A stretch of DNA of 64,000 nt, from positions 2,172,615 through 2,236,614 of the forward strand of contig CAWAUV010000007.1 in assembly GCA_963785305.1 (NCBI GenBank). The letters run 5' to 3'. The position numbers and the translations under genes are program-made. Below are positions 1 to 11,919 of this stretch, one piece after another. This DNA comes from an uncultured Planctomycetaceae bacterium (GTDB lineage Bacteria; Planctomycetota; Planctomycetia; Pirellulales; PALSA-1355). The notes under the pieces were generated by a model. It was not told where the DNA came from. It was given only the letters and a program-made list of their open reading frames with translations, and did not search any database. How positions within the stretch are numbered: the stretch's first letter is position 1; each line of letters starts with the position of its first letter.

Positions 1-852
1 CAGCGAGATTTGATCGTCGTCGATAATGAGCGCGTCGGTCGAACGCCGGGCCACGATGCCCAGCGGGGCGAGCAGCCGCTCGTCGGGCGGCGTCGGCTCG
101 CCACGCATCATCGCGTCGAGCAGCGAAGCCGCCAGATAGCCCGCCCCCACCGAATCGGGAATCACGCTCGACAGACCCGGCTCCGAAAGATCGCAAAGCA
201 GCTCGTCGTTGTCGACGCCGATCACGCCCACTTCCTCGGGCACGCGAATCTCGACGCGCCGGCAGACCTCGAGCACTTGCCAGCCGCGCGTATCGTAGCA
301 GGCCATCACTCCCGCGGGTTTGGGCAGCGCGAGCAGCCACTGGGCGAGATCCGTCCGCCATTTTTCTTTCGAGCTCCGCGAACCCGCATCCTTTGTCTGA
401 TAAATCGAACACGACGCGTCGGCCTCGCGGGCCAATTCGACGAACTTCTTACATCGCTCTTGCGACCAAAAGAATCCGTCGTCGCCGCAGTAGCCGAAGT
501 TGCGAAAACCGCGATTGCGCAAATGCTCGAAGGCCGAGGCGGCGATCGCCCGGTTGTCGGTCTCGAAGCGAGGCAGATGCCGGGCCATGCGCGCGGCGCT
601 GAGATTCACGGTCGGCCAGCCGGCGGCGAGCACGGCCTGGGCAATTTGCCGATTCTCGATCCGAGCCAAGATTCCGTCGCCCTGCCAATTGGCGATCCAT
701 TCCGGGTTGGGCATGCCGCGCCCCTGCTCGGGTAGATAGATCGACCAACTCTGGTGCTCGCGCACGAACTGGCGAATGCCGCGCAGCAGCCCGCGAGCAT
801 AGGAGTTCGAGACCTCAATCAGCAGCGCGACATGCGGGCGCTTTTTGATCAT
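1..852 (-). CDS. XylR-type transcriptional regulator (LacI-like sugar-binding domain; C-terminal AraC HTH expected beyond window edge), partial
   Basis: Manual minus-strand translation from ATG 852: MIKKRPHVALLIEVSNSYARGLLRGI...WQGDGILARI...VPEEVGVIGVDNDELLCDLSEPGLSSV. The frame is open to position 1 and is missing from the ORF track because it has no stop in the window. Confidence 0.9.
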   Translation of the reverse strand, partial: MIKKRPHVALLIEVSNSYARGLLRGIRQFVREHQSWSIYLPEQGRGMPNPEWIANWQGDGILARIENRQIAQAVLAAGWPTVNLSAARMARHLPRFETDNRAIAASAFEHLRNRGFRNFGYCGDDGFFWSQERCKKFVELAREADASCSIYQTKDAGSRSSKEKWRTDLAQWLLALPKPAGVMACYDTRGWQVLEVCRRVEIRVPEEVGVIGVDNDELLCDLSEPGLSSVIPDSVGAGYLAASLLDAMMRGEPTPPDERLLAPLGIVARRSTDALIIDDDQISL

Positions 853-1062
853 GCATCGGAGTCTCGCGGGTCCGTTGTCCACCTTGGGCTTTGATGCGTC
901 GATCATCCCACGGCAAGCATCAATCTACCACAAAGCCGTGAAGTCACGAAGAAGGCCAACGACAACTCGGGCCGGAAAAGCGACGCGAGTGTTTCGCGCT
1001 GATCGCGGTTTATATTCGCGCGAGCATGGGCATGTCGCCCGCCGACGCCGTGGCCCAAGTGT

Positions 1063-2928
1063 TTAGGCCGCGATGCGGATCGGCCCGGCGGGGCAGCGAA
1101 GGTTGAAAAGGCCGAAGATTTCGCGCTGCGTGAGGCCCGGGCGCTCGTGCGGCTCGACATCGCTGAAGATCGTGTCGAAGATTTCGCGCTTTTCGCTGAG
1201 CACCTGGTCGATCCGCTGTTCGATCGTGTCGACGGCCAAGAACCGCGTGACCGTCACCGGGCCCGCCGCGCCGATGCGATGCGCGCGATTGATGGCCTGA
1301 TCCTCGATCGCCGGATTCCACCAGCGGTCGAACAGAAACACATATTCGGAGAACTGCAAATTCAGGCCCACGCTGCCGGCCCCGTAACTAATGAGCATCA
1401 CATTGCTGCGCGGGTCCTCGCGAAACTGCTGAATCACGCCGTCGCGCTTGGCCGATGGAATCTTGCCATGAAATTCGAGCGGACGAAAAGCCGCCAGTCG
1501 CTCGGAAAGCGTCGTGATCGAATGGACCCATTGGCTGAAGACGATCGCCTTGCGTCCGCTGGCGGTCACTTCCTCGAGATCGGCCACCAGCCGCTCGCAC
1601 TTGGAACTGGCGCCGGTCGAGGGATCGAAATTGCAAATCTGCTTGAGCCGCAGCACCAACTCGAACACATGCTGAATCGTGAGGTCATCACCCATTTCAC
1701 CAAGCCGCACGACGCCTTCGTTTTCGGCCAGCGCGTAGCTCTCGCGCTGCTCCGGGCTCAGTTCCAGATCGGCGTCGCGAAATAGCTTGGGCGGCAGTTC
1801 GGTGAGCACCTTGTCCTTGGTGCGCCGCAGCACATAGGGACTCGCCGCGCGGCCGAGGGCCCGGGGCTTCATGTCGCTGGTCAATTGTCCGGGGGCGACG
1901 AATTCGAAGATGCCGACCAGGTCGTCGCCGCTATTTTCGATCGGGGTGCCGGTGAGGGCCCAACTGCGGCGCCGCGTGATCTCGCGCACCACTTGGCTCG
2001 TGGCGCCGGAGCGGTTCTTGATGCGTTGCGCTTCGTCGAGCACCACCAGATCAAACGCCAAGTTCTCGTCGGCCAGAATCTGCTTGTCGCGCTGCAGAAT
2101 TTCGTAGTTGGCCACTTTCACCGGCGCGTCGCCCAGCAGCCATTGCCAGCGACGCCGGGCCGAATCGCCTTCGATCGCCACCAGCGGCAGTTCCGGCGCC
2201 CAACGGTGAAACTCGCGCTGCCAGTTCGTCACGAGCGGTTTCGGGCACACCAAGAGCGCCGAGCGAATCTCGCCGGCGTGCAAGAGCAAGCGAATCGCGG
2301 TGATCGCTTGCATCGTCTTGCCCAGCCCCATTTCGTCGGCCAGCACCGCCGCCACGCGCGGATACAAAAACGCGATCCCCTCGAGCTGATAGTCGAACGG
2401 ATGAAAGGGAAACGCCAGCGAACTCGCTTGCAGCGACACCTCGAGCGCCGGCTGAAGCAGGTAATACAATCGGTCCTCGAGTTTGATGCAATCATCGGGC
2501 GGGCGAATCCGCGTGGTCGATGCGGGCGCGTCGCGCGTCGGCGCTTCGAGCGAGGGCGCGTCGCTCCGTGCCGCCGGCGAGTCGCTTTTCACGGTCGCTT
2601 CGTTCCCGGGCCCAGTCGCGGCGGTTGGCGACTCGACACAGGCGGTCGCCGGCGCCGCCTTCGACTCCGCCTTGGCCCGCCAGCCATCGAGATCGGGAAA
2701 GCGAAAGCTCGTGGTTCGTAGCTTGGGCGGCGCGATCGAAAACGATACCGCGCCCGGCCGCGACATTTGCGGGGCCACGCTCGCCAGCTTCACCCGCGGC
2801 CCGCGGGCCAGCGATGCTTGCCAGCCGGTGGCAAATAGCTCGACTCCCGTCGCGAGCGAAGCCGACCACACGGCCAGGGGAGCTGAACACGTGGTCGGTG
2901 ATTCCCGGTCCGATGGTTCGTCGATCAC
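1063..2928 (-). CDS. SNF2-family (DEAD/DEAH-box) helicase
   Basis: Motifs LADEMGLGKT, LDEAQRIKN, LTGTPIEN, GSVGLNL, WWNPAIEDQAINRAHRIG; low-complexity N-terminal ~150 aa. Confidence 0.95.
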   Translation of the reverse strand: MIDEPSDRESPTTCSAPLAVWSASLATGVELFATGWQASLARGPRVKLASVAPQMSRPGAVSFSIAPPKLRTTSFRFPDLDGWRAKAESKAAPATACVESPTAATGPGNEATVKSDSPAARSDAPSLEAPTRDAPASTTRIRPPDDCIKLEDRLYYLLQPALEVSLQASSLAFPFHPFDYQLEGIAFLYPRVAAVLADEMGLGKTMQAITAIRLLLHAGEIRSALLVCPKPLVTNWQREFHRWAPELPLVAIEGDSARRRWQWLLGDAPVKVANYEILQRDKQILADENLAFDLVVLDEAQRIKNRSGATSQVVREITRRRSWALTGTPIENSGDDLVGIFEFVAPGQLTSDMKPRALGRAASPYVLRRTKDKVLTELPPKLFRDADLELSPEQRESYALAENEGVVRLGEMGDDLTIQHVFELVLRLKQICNFDPSTGASSKCERLVADLEEVTASGRKAIVFSQWVHSITTLSERLAAFRPLEFHGKIPSAKRDGVIQQFREDPRSNVMLISYGAGSVGLNLQFSEYVFLFDRWWNPAIEDQAINRAHRIGAAGPVTVTRFLAVDTIEQRIDQVLSEKREIFDTIFSDVEPHERPGLTQREIFGLFNLRCPAGPIRIAA

Positions 2929-3617
2929 GCTCGCCCCACTTTATGCGCCTCGTCGATCGCGTCGTGAATGCGCCCGAACGGCTCCGAAAGATCGAAATCG
3001 CGGACGGACGCAAGGCGCTCCAGGATCGTCTGCTCGTCGCCGGCCTCGCTGGCCAGCACCGCCAGATGATTGCGACCCAGGTGAAAGGTATTGAGGTTTT
3101 CGCCAAGCACATGGGCCCGATCGGCTCGCCACATGCGTCGCGAGTTCAAAGGCTCGCCCAGTGTTTCGGCCGGCGGTTCGTCGCGCGCCTCCTTGCCGAC
3201 AGGGGCCTCGCTCGCCACGGGCTGGCCAGGGGCCTCGCTTCCGGCGGCTTTGAACTCGGGGCCCGCCTGCGCTTGGCCGACCGCCGCCACCTGAGTCAGC
3301 ACAAGCGCCACCGGCGATTGGGCAAACGCCCGCGCCCCGAGCGCCAGGGCCACATCGGTGCAGACCATCGCGGGCCAAGCGGCGCCTTTGGTCAGGAGCG
3401 TTTGGCCAATTTGCTCGCCGTAGAGAAAAGGCTGCAAGGTCGGGCCGTACAATATCTGCTGCGCGCGGCTGGGCTTCACCGGCGCGGTGCAATGGAATTC
3501 CAGGGGTCGCCCGCTCGCGTTGAGAATCAAATAGCCGCCGACGAGCCCGAGTTGGGCATGTTCGACGACACTCAGAAAGCCGATCGTGGGCGATGAATCG
3601 CCATCGCGTCCGCCCAT
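2925..3617 (-). CDS. Conserved hypothetical protein (planctomycete type), overlapping the SNF2 start
   Basis: 230-aa ORF with globular-looking N-terminus (GGYLILNASGRPLEFHCTAPVKP...LYGEQIG); 4-nt GTGA overlap with the helicase. Confidence 0.75.
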   Translation of the reverse strand: MGGRDGDSSPTIGFLSVVEHAQLGLVGGYLILNASGRPLEFHCTAPVKPSRAQQILYGPTLQPFLYGEQIGQTLLTKGAAWPAMVCTDVALALGARAFAQSPVALVLTQVAAVGQAQAGPEFKAAGSEAPGQPVASEAPVGKEARDEPPAETLGEPLNSRRMWRADRAHVLGENLNTFHLGRNHLAVLASEAGDEQTILERLASVRDFDLSEPFGRIHDAIDEAHKVGRA

Positions 3618-3982
3618 GCAAAGTCTCCCCTCCTGAAGCTGGCAGCAAGATGTCGCGGAATCATTTTTTGCGCTCGGCGATGTGGAGTTTCACGTCCGGT
3701 CGTGAGCCGGCGGAGCGCTGCAAACTGGATCGGGCCGCCGTGGGCGGCGACTTTAGGCTTCCGGCCAGCGTGACCCCGGGAGGCCAGAAGCGAGCCAAAA
3801 ATGAAAATCCAGGTAGTTTGCGGCGACATTAACGGCCTTGGTCGCCCTTCGCGCCGGCGCCACCGGCCCCCCGAGATGACGAAAACCTGTCGCTTTTTGG
3901 CGCAAATAGTAGCCGCCAGCGACGCAGCCAGTTACAATCGAAGCATTGCTCGTCGGGACAAACTTTTTTCGGGAGACTTTTC

Positions 3983-4444
3983 ATGAGTCATGAGCAGCCG
4001 GCCAGTTCGCTCTTCACGCAGGTCGACATCGGGGCCGGAGCGCAACTGGGTCGTCCCCGCGAAAGCCAAGCCGCCGACGAGCATTTGGTGGTGCTGCGAA
4101 ATCTGCTCGCGGCCCAAGATCGGCAAAATGAGCTGCTCGAAGAGCTCACCGGCCAAATGGCCTCCGCCCAGCGGCAGCGGAATTCGGAGCTCGGCCAGTG
4201 GAAGCAGGCCAACCCGGCATTGGCTCGCAGTTGTCGCACCGCCGCCGAAGCGCTGAGCCGGGTGCAGCTTCAGTTCTTGCAGACCATGACCGAGGAAATC
4301 AACGAAAACGTCGAGTCGCTAGTCGATGGGGAATTCATGCTCAGCGAATTCATCGACCGCTTCGGACCGCGCATGGCCCATTTGAACGGCATGCTCCAAG
4401 TGCTGGCCCAACTGAGCAGCACTCCAAACCCGACGAACGGTTGA
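3983..4444 (+). CDS. Hypothetical helical/coiled-coil protein
   Basis: 153 aa, typical codon usage, Q/E/L-rich heptads (LLAAQDRQNELLEEL), C-terminal FIDRFGPRMAHLNGMLQVLAQL. Confidence 0.8.
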   Translation: MSHEQPASSLFTQVDIGAGAQLGRPRESQAADEHLVVLRNLLAAQDRQNELLEELTGQMASAQRQRNSELGQWKQANPALARSCRTAAEALSRVQLQFLQTMTEEINENVESLVDGEFMLSEFIDRFGPRMAHLNGMLQVLAQLSSTPNPTNG

Positions 4445-4895
4445 GCGGCTTGGTCGACAAAATGTCGCGTATTGCCCTCTGACGTTCCGCGCACTGTTCC
4501 TTGTACGCGCGGGTAACAGCCAAGCCGTCTCATTCGTTGGCTGATCGCGACTGTCCGGCGATTTGGCACATGAACTTTTGTTCGGCGAACTCGAACGCCC
4601 CTTCGTTCCGGTCGCCTCTTTTGCCGCATTTCGCGACGGCACACTTTCCCCCGTTTTATTTTCGTTATATCCCGGGAACGGTTGCAGGGGTTTTGCCGCC
4701 AAACTATGCTGCTTGATTGAAGCGGCTGGCGGTTCGGACGAAAACCTCGCGAGGGGCGCCGCTACTCCCGGGTTTCGTCGCATGTCTTTCAGCCTGACCG
4801 GCGCCGGGCGCGGAATCCGGGCGGATGCGGCCGATTGTGAATTCCCGCCGATGCCGAGAATTTCCCGAAATGCGTCGTCTCGCAAGGTTCCGTTG

Positions 4896-7800
4896 ATGCT
4901 CGATTTGATGAACTCCCACAAGTTCGGCTCGGATTCGCGATTGCGATCACGGCGCGCCATGCTTTGCTGGGCGCTTTTCGCGATCAGCGCCATGTGCTTC
5001 CCATTGCGCGCCACGCTCAAAGCGATTATTGGTCGGGCGCCACGAGCGGCAATTTCTCGATTGCCGGAAACTGAAGCGCCAACACTCTGCCGAGCAGTAA
5101 CGATTCCTTGATATTCGGCGCCGCCGGCACAAGCGGGCTCGACCTCGACAACGATCTCACGAGCAGTGCCTTCAATATCGCCGGCATCACCTTCAGCTCC
5201 GGCGCGGCCGCCTTCGTAATCGGCGATGGAACAACGAACACGTATTCCGGCGCGGGCGCCGGAAACGCGTTTGCCCTCACAGGCGGAATCACCAATAGCG
5301 GCACGAATCTCGAAACGATCAACAACCCGTTCAGCATCGCGGCGACCCAAACCTTCACCACCACCGCCGGCGGCGGCAATCTCACCTTTGGTGGAGCGAT
5401 CAGCGGCGTGGGCGGAATCACCGCGGCGGGCGCCGGCACGGTGACTTTGGCCGGCGCCGATACCTACGGCGGAACCACCACGCTGAACAGCGGGACACTC
5501 ATCATCACGGGCACGAATTCCGGCGGCGGCGCCATCGCGCTCAACGGGACCAACACCACGCTCACCTTCAACTCGAGCGGAACCGTCGCCACGAGCGGGA
5601 TCAGCATCTTTCCCAGCTCGGGCTCCAACGAGACGATGAACATTAGTGGCGGCACGCTGCTGGTGGGATCGAACGGGATTCAGGCAATTGGCGGAAATCA
5701 CGGCGCCATTGTCTTCAACGGCGGCACGCTCAAGTCATCGACCGCCTTCACGATCTCGGGCAGCATCCCGATTTCGAGCCCCTCCGGCACGAGCACGATC
5801 GACACCTCGGGCGGAAATATCACCTCCGGCTCCGGCTTCGGCTATACCGCCAGTCCCGGTCAAATGGTGATTCAAGGTGGCAACACCTTCGCGACGCCCT
5901 TCGACGCGGGCCAAACCGGCGTGGTGACCGTGACCGGCGCCGGAACGACTTTGCAGTTCAATGGCAACGTGGTCAGCACGATCACCGCCGCCGTGACCGT
6001 GAATGCCCTCGCGAAGATCGACCTGGACGGAGACATCGATAAGAACGCGGTCAGCCTTGGCGGCCTCAACGGCGCCGGCACGGTGATTAACTCATCCACC
6101 ACGCAGCCGACGACACTCACGCTCAACGGCGTCGGCGGCGCATTTCAGCGGCGCGATTGCTCCGTCGACCGCTAACTTGATTTCGCTAAACGTTTCCCTG
6201 CCGAGCGCCAACACGCAAACGCTCAGCGGCGCCAATACCTATACCGGCGCCACGAACATCACCAGCGGCACACTCGCGCTCGGCGCCGGCGGTAGCCTCG
6301 GCGCCACGGCCGTGACCGTGTCGAGTGGCGGAACCCTCGCCGCGCTGCCCGCCACGAACAGCGGCGCCAACGCGCTTGGCGGCTCGCTCACGCTCAATGC
6401 CGGCAGCAACTTCTCGATGGCCGATGGCGCGGCGAGCACGCTCAACATCGCCGGCGCCGCGGCTTTCAAGGGCGCGAACCTCACCTTTGATCTCGTCTCG
6501 AATTCCGGACTCGCCGCCGACCAAATCTCCGCGGGAGCCGCCGCCTCGGTCTCCGGCGCCAACAAGATCACGATCGACTACACCGGCGCCGCCCCGCCGA
6601 CCGGCAACTACGTGCTCATTAGCGACGCGGCTGGTGGCCTCACCGGGGCCAACAATTTCGCGGTCGCGAGCGGATCGATCACGGTCGGGGGCAGCACCTA
6701 CCCGGTGTCGCTCTCGAATTCGGCCACTGCGGAAACCCTCGTCATTGGCCCGGCCAGCACCGCCGCTTCCGTCTACTACACCGGAAACGCCAGCCAGACC
6801 ACGCTCAACGCCACGGCAAGTGGTGGCACGGTGACGAATTTCTCGTCCAGCAGCACCGGAACTCCCGACTTCGGCGCCCAGCCGAATTCGCTCGACAATG
6901 TGTATTTCACGGCCACGGCCGGCAGCGGCGTCGGTTCGGCGCAAAACATTACGTCACTCGGTCAAGGCTACGCCTTCAATAGCCTCGACTTCACTAGCAA
7001 CTCGCCCGCGATCACGATTACCGACAGCACGAACAACCTGACGCTCTACGGCGGAATCACCGACACCGCGGCGACCAACCAAACGCTCAATGTGCCGTTG
7101 ACGCTCTCGGGCAGCACGCAAACGATCGGCAACAGCGGCGCCGGCCTCTTGACCCTGGGCGGCCCGATCGCCACCACGCTCACCACGCTCACCACCAGCG
7201 GCTCGGGCAATATCGCGCTCGGGGCAATCAGCGGCTCGACCGGGCTCGCGGTCAGTGGACCCGGCTCGCTCACGCTGAATGGCGCGAATGCCTATTTCGG
7301 CGCAACCGCGATCGCCGGGCCGACCATCGTCGCCGGTTCGTTTGGAAACACGGCGATCACGGTCAATACCGGCGGCTCCTTGGCTTTGAACAATGCCTCG
7401 GCCGTGAGCCAGAACACGCTCACTGTCGCCGGCGGCTCACTGACGGAATCGGTCGCCAATGCAATCAGCGGGTCGACCTCCGTGGTCTTTTCGAGCGGCG
7501 CCGCGAATCTCTCGCAAGCCAATAGCTTCACCGGCGCCACCACGCTCAGCGGCGCAACGCTAACGCTGGGCGCCAATGGCTCGCTCGGCACATCGTCGAG
7601 TTTGACGATTGGCGGCAGTGGCAGCGTGCTCCAGTCAAGTGTCGCGGCGCTGAGTTTGCCCTCGACGACGCCGGTGACCTTGAACTCGAGTTGGACCGCC
7701 TCGGGCGCCAACGCAATCACGATCAATGGCACGCTTACCTCGAGCGCCAACAGCACCATCACCAACAACATCACCGGCGCCAATTCGCTCACGTTCGCGG

Positions 7801-10800
7801 GAAACGTCGCGCTGTCCAACGGTGTCAACGCCCAAGCCCTCACGCTCACTGGCGCCGGTTCAACGATTATCAGTGGCGTGACCGCCAATGGCGGCACGAG
7901 CGCCACCGGCAGCACGCTCACCTACAGCGGCGCCGGCGAATTGACCTTGGCCGGAGCCAACACCTTCGGGCTCGTGTCCACCGCGGCCAATGGCACCTCG
8001 GTCACGCTCAATAGCGGCACGCTCAATTTGACGAACACCAGCGCCCTGGGCGCCAACGGCGGCACGCTGAGCATTAACGGCCCCTCGACCGCGATCCTCT
8101 CGACCGACACGCCTTTTGGCAACGGTGGCAGCTCCGGCACGACGGCAAATCCGGTGTATAGCGTCTTCTTTGGAAACAGCATCGCCGTCTTGCCGAACTA
8201 CAGCGCCACGATCGAGCTCAACCGCGCCACCTCCGGCGCCACGACGCCGATTACGCAAAACTTCGGCACGCTTGATTTCAGCCTACTGGGAGGCCATCCC
8301 GGCACGCTCGATATCACCGCCGGTCCCAACGCGCCAACGGGCGCCTTGGACACGATCGCCTTCACGAGTTTCTTGCCGGGCAATGGAAACACCGTGACGG
8401 AGACGCTCGTGCCCACGGGCGGCAATATCAGCATCGGTACGGTAGCGCCTTTTGCAAACGCCGCCGTGACCGTCGATCTCGATGGCACTACCGCTGGCAA
8501 CGTCATCACTGGCGCGATCAGCGGCGGCGCGATCATGCTGATCGACAAAACAAACATCAGCGCCTGGACCCTTTCCGGAACAAGCACCTACACCGGCGCG
8601 ACCAGCATCACCGGCGGCACGCTAGCCCTGGGCAACGGCGGCAATCTGGGCGCGACGGCCGTCTCGGTCGGAAGCGGAGCAACCCTGGCGGTGACGCCCG
8701 CGGTGAGCAGCGCCACGAACGCTCTGGGCGGTTCGCTCACACTCAGCGCCGGCAGCAGTTTCACGATGGCCGATAGCGTGGCCAGCACCGCCACTGTCGC
8801 TGGCGCCGCGTCGCTCGCCGGAGCGCATTTGACCTTCGACCTCGCTGGCGCCACTCCGACCGCCGATCAATTGCAACTCAACAACACGAGCGTCACGGTC
8901 TCGGGATCGAACACCATCACGATCGACTACACCAGCGGCTCGACCTCGCCCACGGGAACCTACACCCTGATTAGCGCCCCAAACGCCACCTCGGGCTCGC
9001 TCACCCCGGCGGATTTTTCGCTCACCGTGGGTCGCGTTGTGTATAACGGCGTGGCCTATTCGCTCGCGCTCGCCAACTCGGGCACGGCCGAGCAGTTGGT
9101 TGTCGGCGCCACGAGCGCCGCGGCCAGCGCGTACTACACCGGAAACGCCAGCGGTTCCACGCTCAACGCGACCGCCAGTGGCGGCACGGTCACCAACTTT
9201 TCCTCGAGCAGCAGCGGTAGCCCCGACTTGGGAACGCAACCAGGCTCGCTGACGGATCTCTATTTCTCGGCGTCGGGCGCCACCGGCGCGGTGAATATCA
9301 CCTCGCTCGGACAAAGCTACTCTCTCAATAGCTTGAACTTCACGAGCACGGCCGGCGCAACCACGATCTCCGACGCGAGCCACACCATCTCGCTCTATTA
9401 CGGCGGCCTGACCGATCAAAGCGCCAATGCGGCCACAATCAACGCCGGCGTGATATTGGCCACTCCGCAGACCTGGACCAATAGCGGCGCCGCCACGCTC
9501 ACCTTGGGCGATGGCGTCACCGCCGGGACCAACCTCCTCACCTTCGCCGGCTCGGGCGCCACCACGATTTCGGGCACGGCGGCCTACGCCACCTCCGCGG
9601 GATTCACGGTCGCCAGCGGCGCGGGGCATGTGACAATCAGCGCTCCGGTCACGGTTGGCGCCGCCCAAACTTGGACGAATAACAGCAGCAATGCCATGAC
9701 CATCAGCGGCGGCATTACCGCGGGCGCCAATTTGCTCACCTTCGCCGGCTCGGGCGCCACGACGATCTCGGGAACCGCCGCGTTTAGCACTTCGGCGGGA
9801 TTCACGGTCGCCAGCGGCGCCGGTCAAGTGACGATCAGCGCTCCGGTCACGCTCGGCGCGGCCCAAACCTGGACCAACAACAGCACGACTCCCGTCGCGA
9901 TCAACGGCGCGGTAACCAATTCCGGCGACCTGCTTACGCTTACCGGTTCGGGTGGCGGATCGATCAGTGGGGCAATCACGGGTACTGGCGGCTTGACGGT
10001 AAATGGCGGAACCTGGACCTCGAGCAGCAGCGCGACGACATTCAGCGGAGCGATCACCATCGGCGCGGCCACGCTCAGCTTGGCCAATGAAAACATCACG
10101 AATCCAAGCGCGAGCGTCACTGTCGGCAATGTGGCAAGCGCCACCGGCACATTAAATTTCCAAAGCGGCGCCTACAGCTTTGGAAACGGAGCCCTCTATG
10201 CGGGCTCGGGCGGCTCGACGACCGGCATCGTCAACCAGACCGGGGGAACCGTGACCGTTTCCGCTGGTTTGGGACTGCTGCTGGGTAATTCATCAAACGG
10301 TTCAATCACCAACGTGAGCACGGGTATCTACAATCTCAGCGCGGGAGAGCTCACCGCCGGCGCCGCGAATAGCCGCGGCGTGATGATGGGCGTGAACACC
10401 TATGCTCAGACCACGTTCAACCTCAGTGGAACCGGCAACCTCTATATGCCCACCGCGGAGCTTGCGATCGGTCGCAACGACAGGCGCAAAGCTACACGAC
10501 GGACACCTTCAACCAAACCGGCGGCACGGCCAGCGTCCAATATTTGAGCATCGGCGGAGTCAACGGCGCGACGAACGATATCGCCACGATGACGCTCACC
10601 GGTGGAACCTTCACCGCCCAAAGCTTTCAGACGATCGCCGGCGGAACCAATAGCTCCGCGGCGATCACGATCGGCGGCACGGCCCAAGTGACTTTGCCCG
10701 CCTTCGCCACCAATTCCCTGGGCGCCGGCTCGACTTCGACGATCACCTTCGATGGCGGCACGCTGTTGCCCTATGCCTCGAGCGCCGCCTACATGAGCGG

Positions 10801-11667
10801 TCTCACCCATGCCTATCTCACGCCCAACGGCGCCAACATCAACACCAATAATTTCAATATCACCATCGCCCAGCCGCTAGTCGACTCCACCACGAACCCC
10901 GGCGGCACGCTCACGAAGCTCGGCGCCGTGCGCTCACGCTCACCGGCGCCAATGCCTACACCGGCGCAACGACCATCAGCGCCGGCGCGCTCTATGTCGA
11001 CGGCGTGCATGGCTCGGCGACCGGTTATGCCGGGAACTATGGCGTCGCCAGTGGCGCCACGCTGGGTGGCTCCGGCGCGATCAATTTCGCCACCACCGCC
11101 ACCAGCGGCGTCACCGTCGCGGCCGGCGGCATCTTTGTTCCCGGCTACAACCCGGCCAATGGCGCTGTTTCCCCGGCCAATAGCACGCTGAGTGTCACGA
11201 CCAACGGCGGCGCCAATGGTGGAACCGCGCTCACGCTCGCCGGCAGCGCGAGTCAGTTCGATGTGAGCCTCACCTCGGGCATGGCCGTGACCAGCTTCAA
11301 TGGATCGAGCGCTCCGACCGGCGGTTATGCGTTTCTCAATGCCAACGGCAGCATCGTGAATCTTGACGGACTCGGCGGCTCGAGCGCCGGCGCCACGCTC
11401 ATCGTGAGCGCCGATGGCACGGTCGCCGTCGGGCAAAGCTATCTGCTGATCGATCCGAGCAGCCGCAATGGCTCCTTCACCGCCTCGGGCGTCACCTCCG
11501 GCAGCCAATCGCTGCCCTACACGCTCACTTACCTCGGCCCCTCGGGCAACAACGATGTCGTGCTCACGATCGTGCCCGAACCATCGTCGTGGGCCTTGGC
11601 GTCGCTTGCCGCGCTGGGAGCGGTCGCGTGGCGGCTTCGCCGGCGCCGAAGCGAGGCCCGCGCTTAG
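4896..11667 (+). CDS. Giant (~2,250 aa) autotransporter-associated beta-strand repeat protein with PEP-CTERM sorting signal (frameshifted in this assembly)
   Basis: Signal-peptide-like N-terminus (RSRRAMLCWALFAISAMCFPLRATLKA); repeated LTLSGANTYTGATNITSGTL motifs; C-terminal VPEPSSWALASLAALGAVAWRLRRRR. ORF pieces 5108-6175, 6177-10547, 10544-~10930 and 11005-11667 are joined by frameshifts; in-frame TGA at 5072-5074. Confidence 0.85.
9460..9890 (+). repeat. Intragenic tandem repeat, 198-bp (66-aa) period
   Basis: TTCGCCGGCTCGGGCGCCAC at 9543 and 9741; protein QTWTN...LLTFAGSGATTISGTAA.TSAGFTVASGAG.VTISAPVT.GAAQTWTN repeated. Confidence 0.85.
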
Positions 11668-11698
11668 CAGCCTGCCGAGATATTCAGCAGGCGCTTAA
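11665..11698. repeat. Short palindrome, remnant of MITE/REP family B
   Basis: TAGCAGCCTGCCGAGATATTCAGCAGGCGCTTAA resembles the terminal hairpin GCAGCCTGTTGAATATTTCAAAAGGCTGCTAA at 25251-25282; starts on the TAG stop of the PEP-CTERM gene. Confidence 0.55.
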
Positions 11699-11919
11699 CG
11701 TCGCCAGTTCGATGTCCGGGATTTCCAGCGCCCGCTCCGCGGACACTCGTTACCCGCGGTGTGCTGGGCCCAGGCCGTCCAACGCGCTATTGCGCGAACG
11801 CCCTGACAAAATAGCAATAAAAATTGCTATATCGGGCCCGCTCGGTTATCGTGAACCGGTTCGCGGTTTCCCGCGATTCCCCCCCCGTCGACCGGGCCTT
11901 TGCGCCGGGAGAATAGGTC

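Noticed and set aside
10..735. 241-aa + strand ORF, and the many other long overlapping ORFs in the track
   Set aside because: Antisense or alternate-frame shadows of real genes (here the XylR-type regulator), typical of high-GC DNA; no motifs.
4560..4582. Sigma54 promoter (TTGGCAC...) upstream of the giant PEP-CTERM gene
   Set aside because: The -12 GC is absent at the required spacing.
5072..5074. Genetic-code reassignment (TGA=Trp) or selenocysteine
   Set aside because: TGA terminates many genes in the window (e.g. 4444, 13573, 29977, 48827); single instance, and no Cys/Sec context.
6200..9900. CRISPR array or DGR template/variable repeat
   Set aside because: The repeats are in-frame protein repeats with synonymous-type divergence; no spacers, cas genes or reverse transcriptase.
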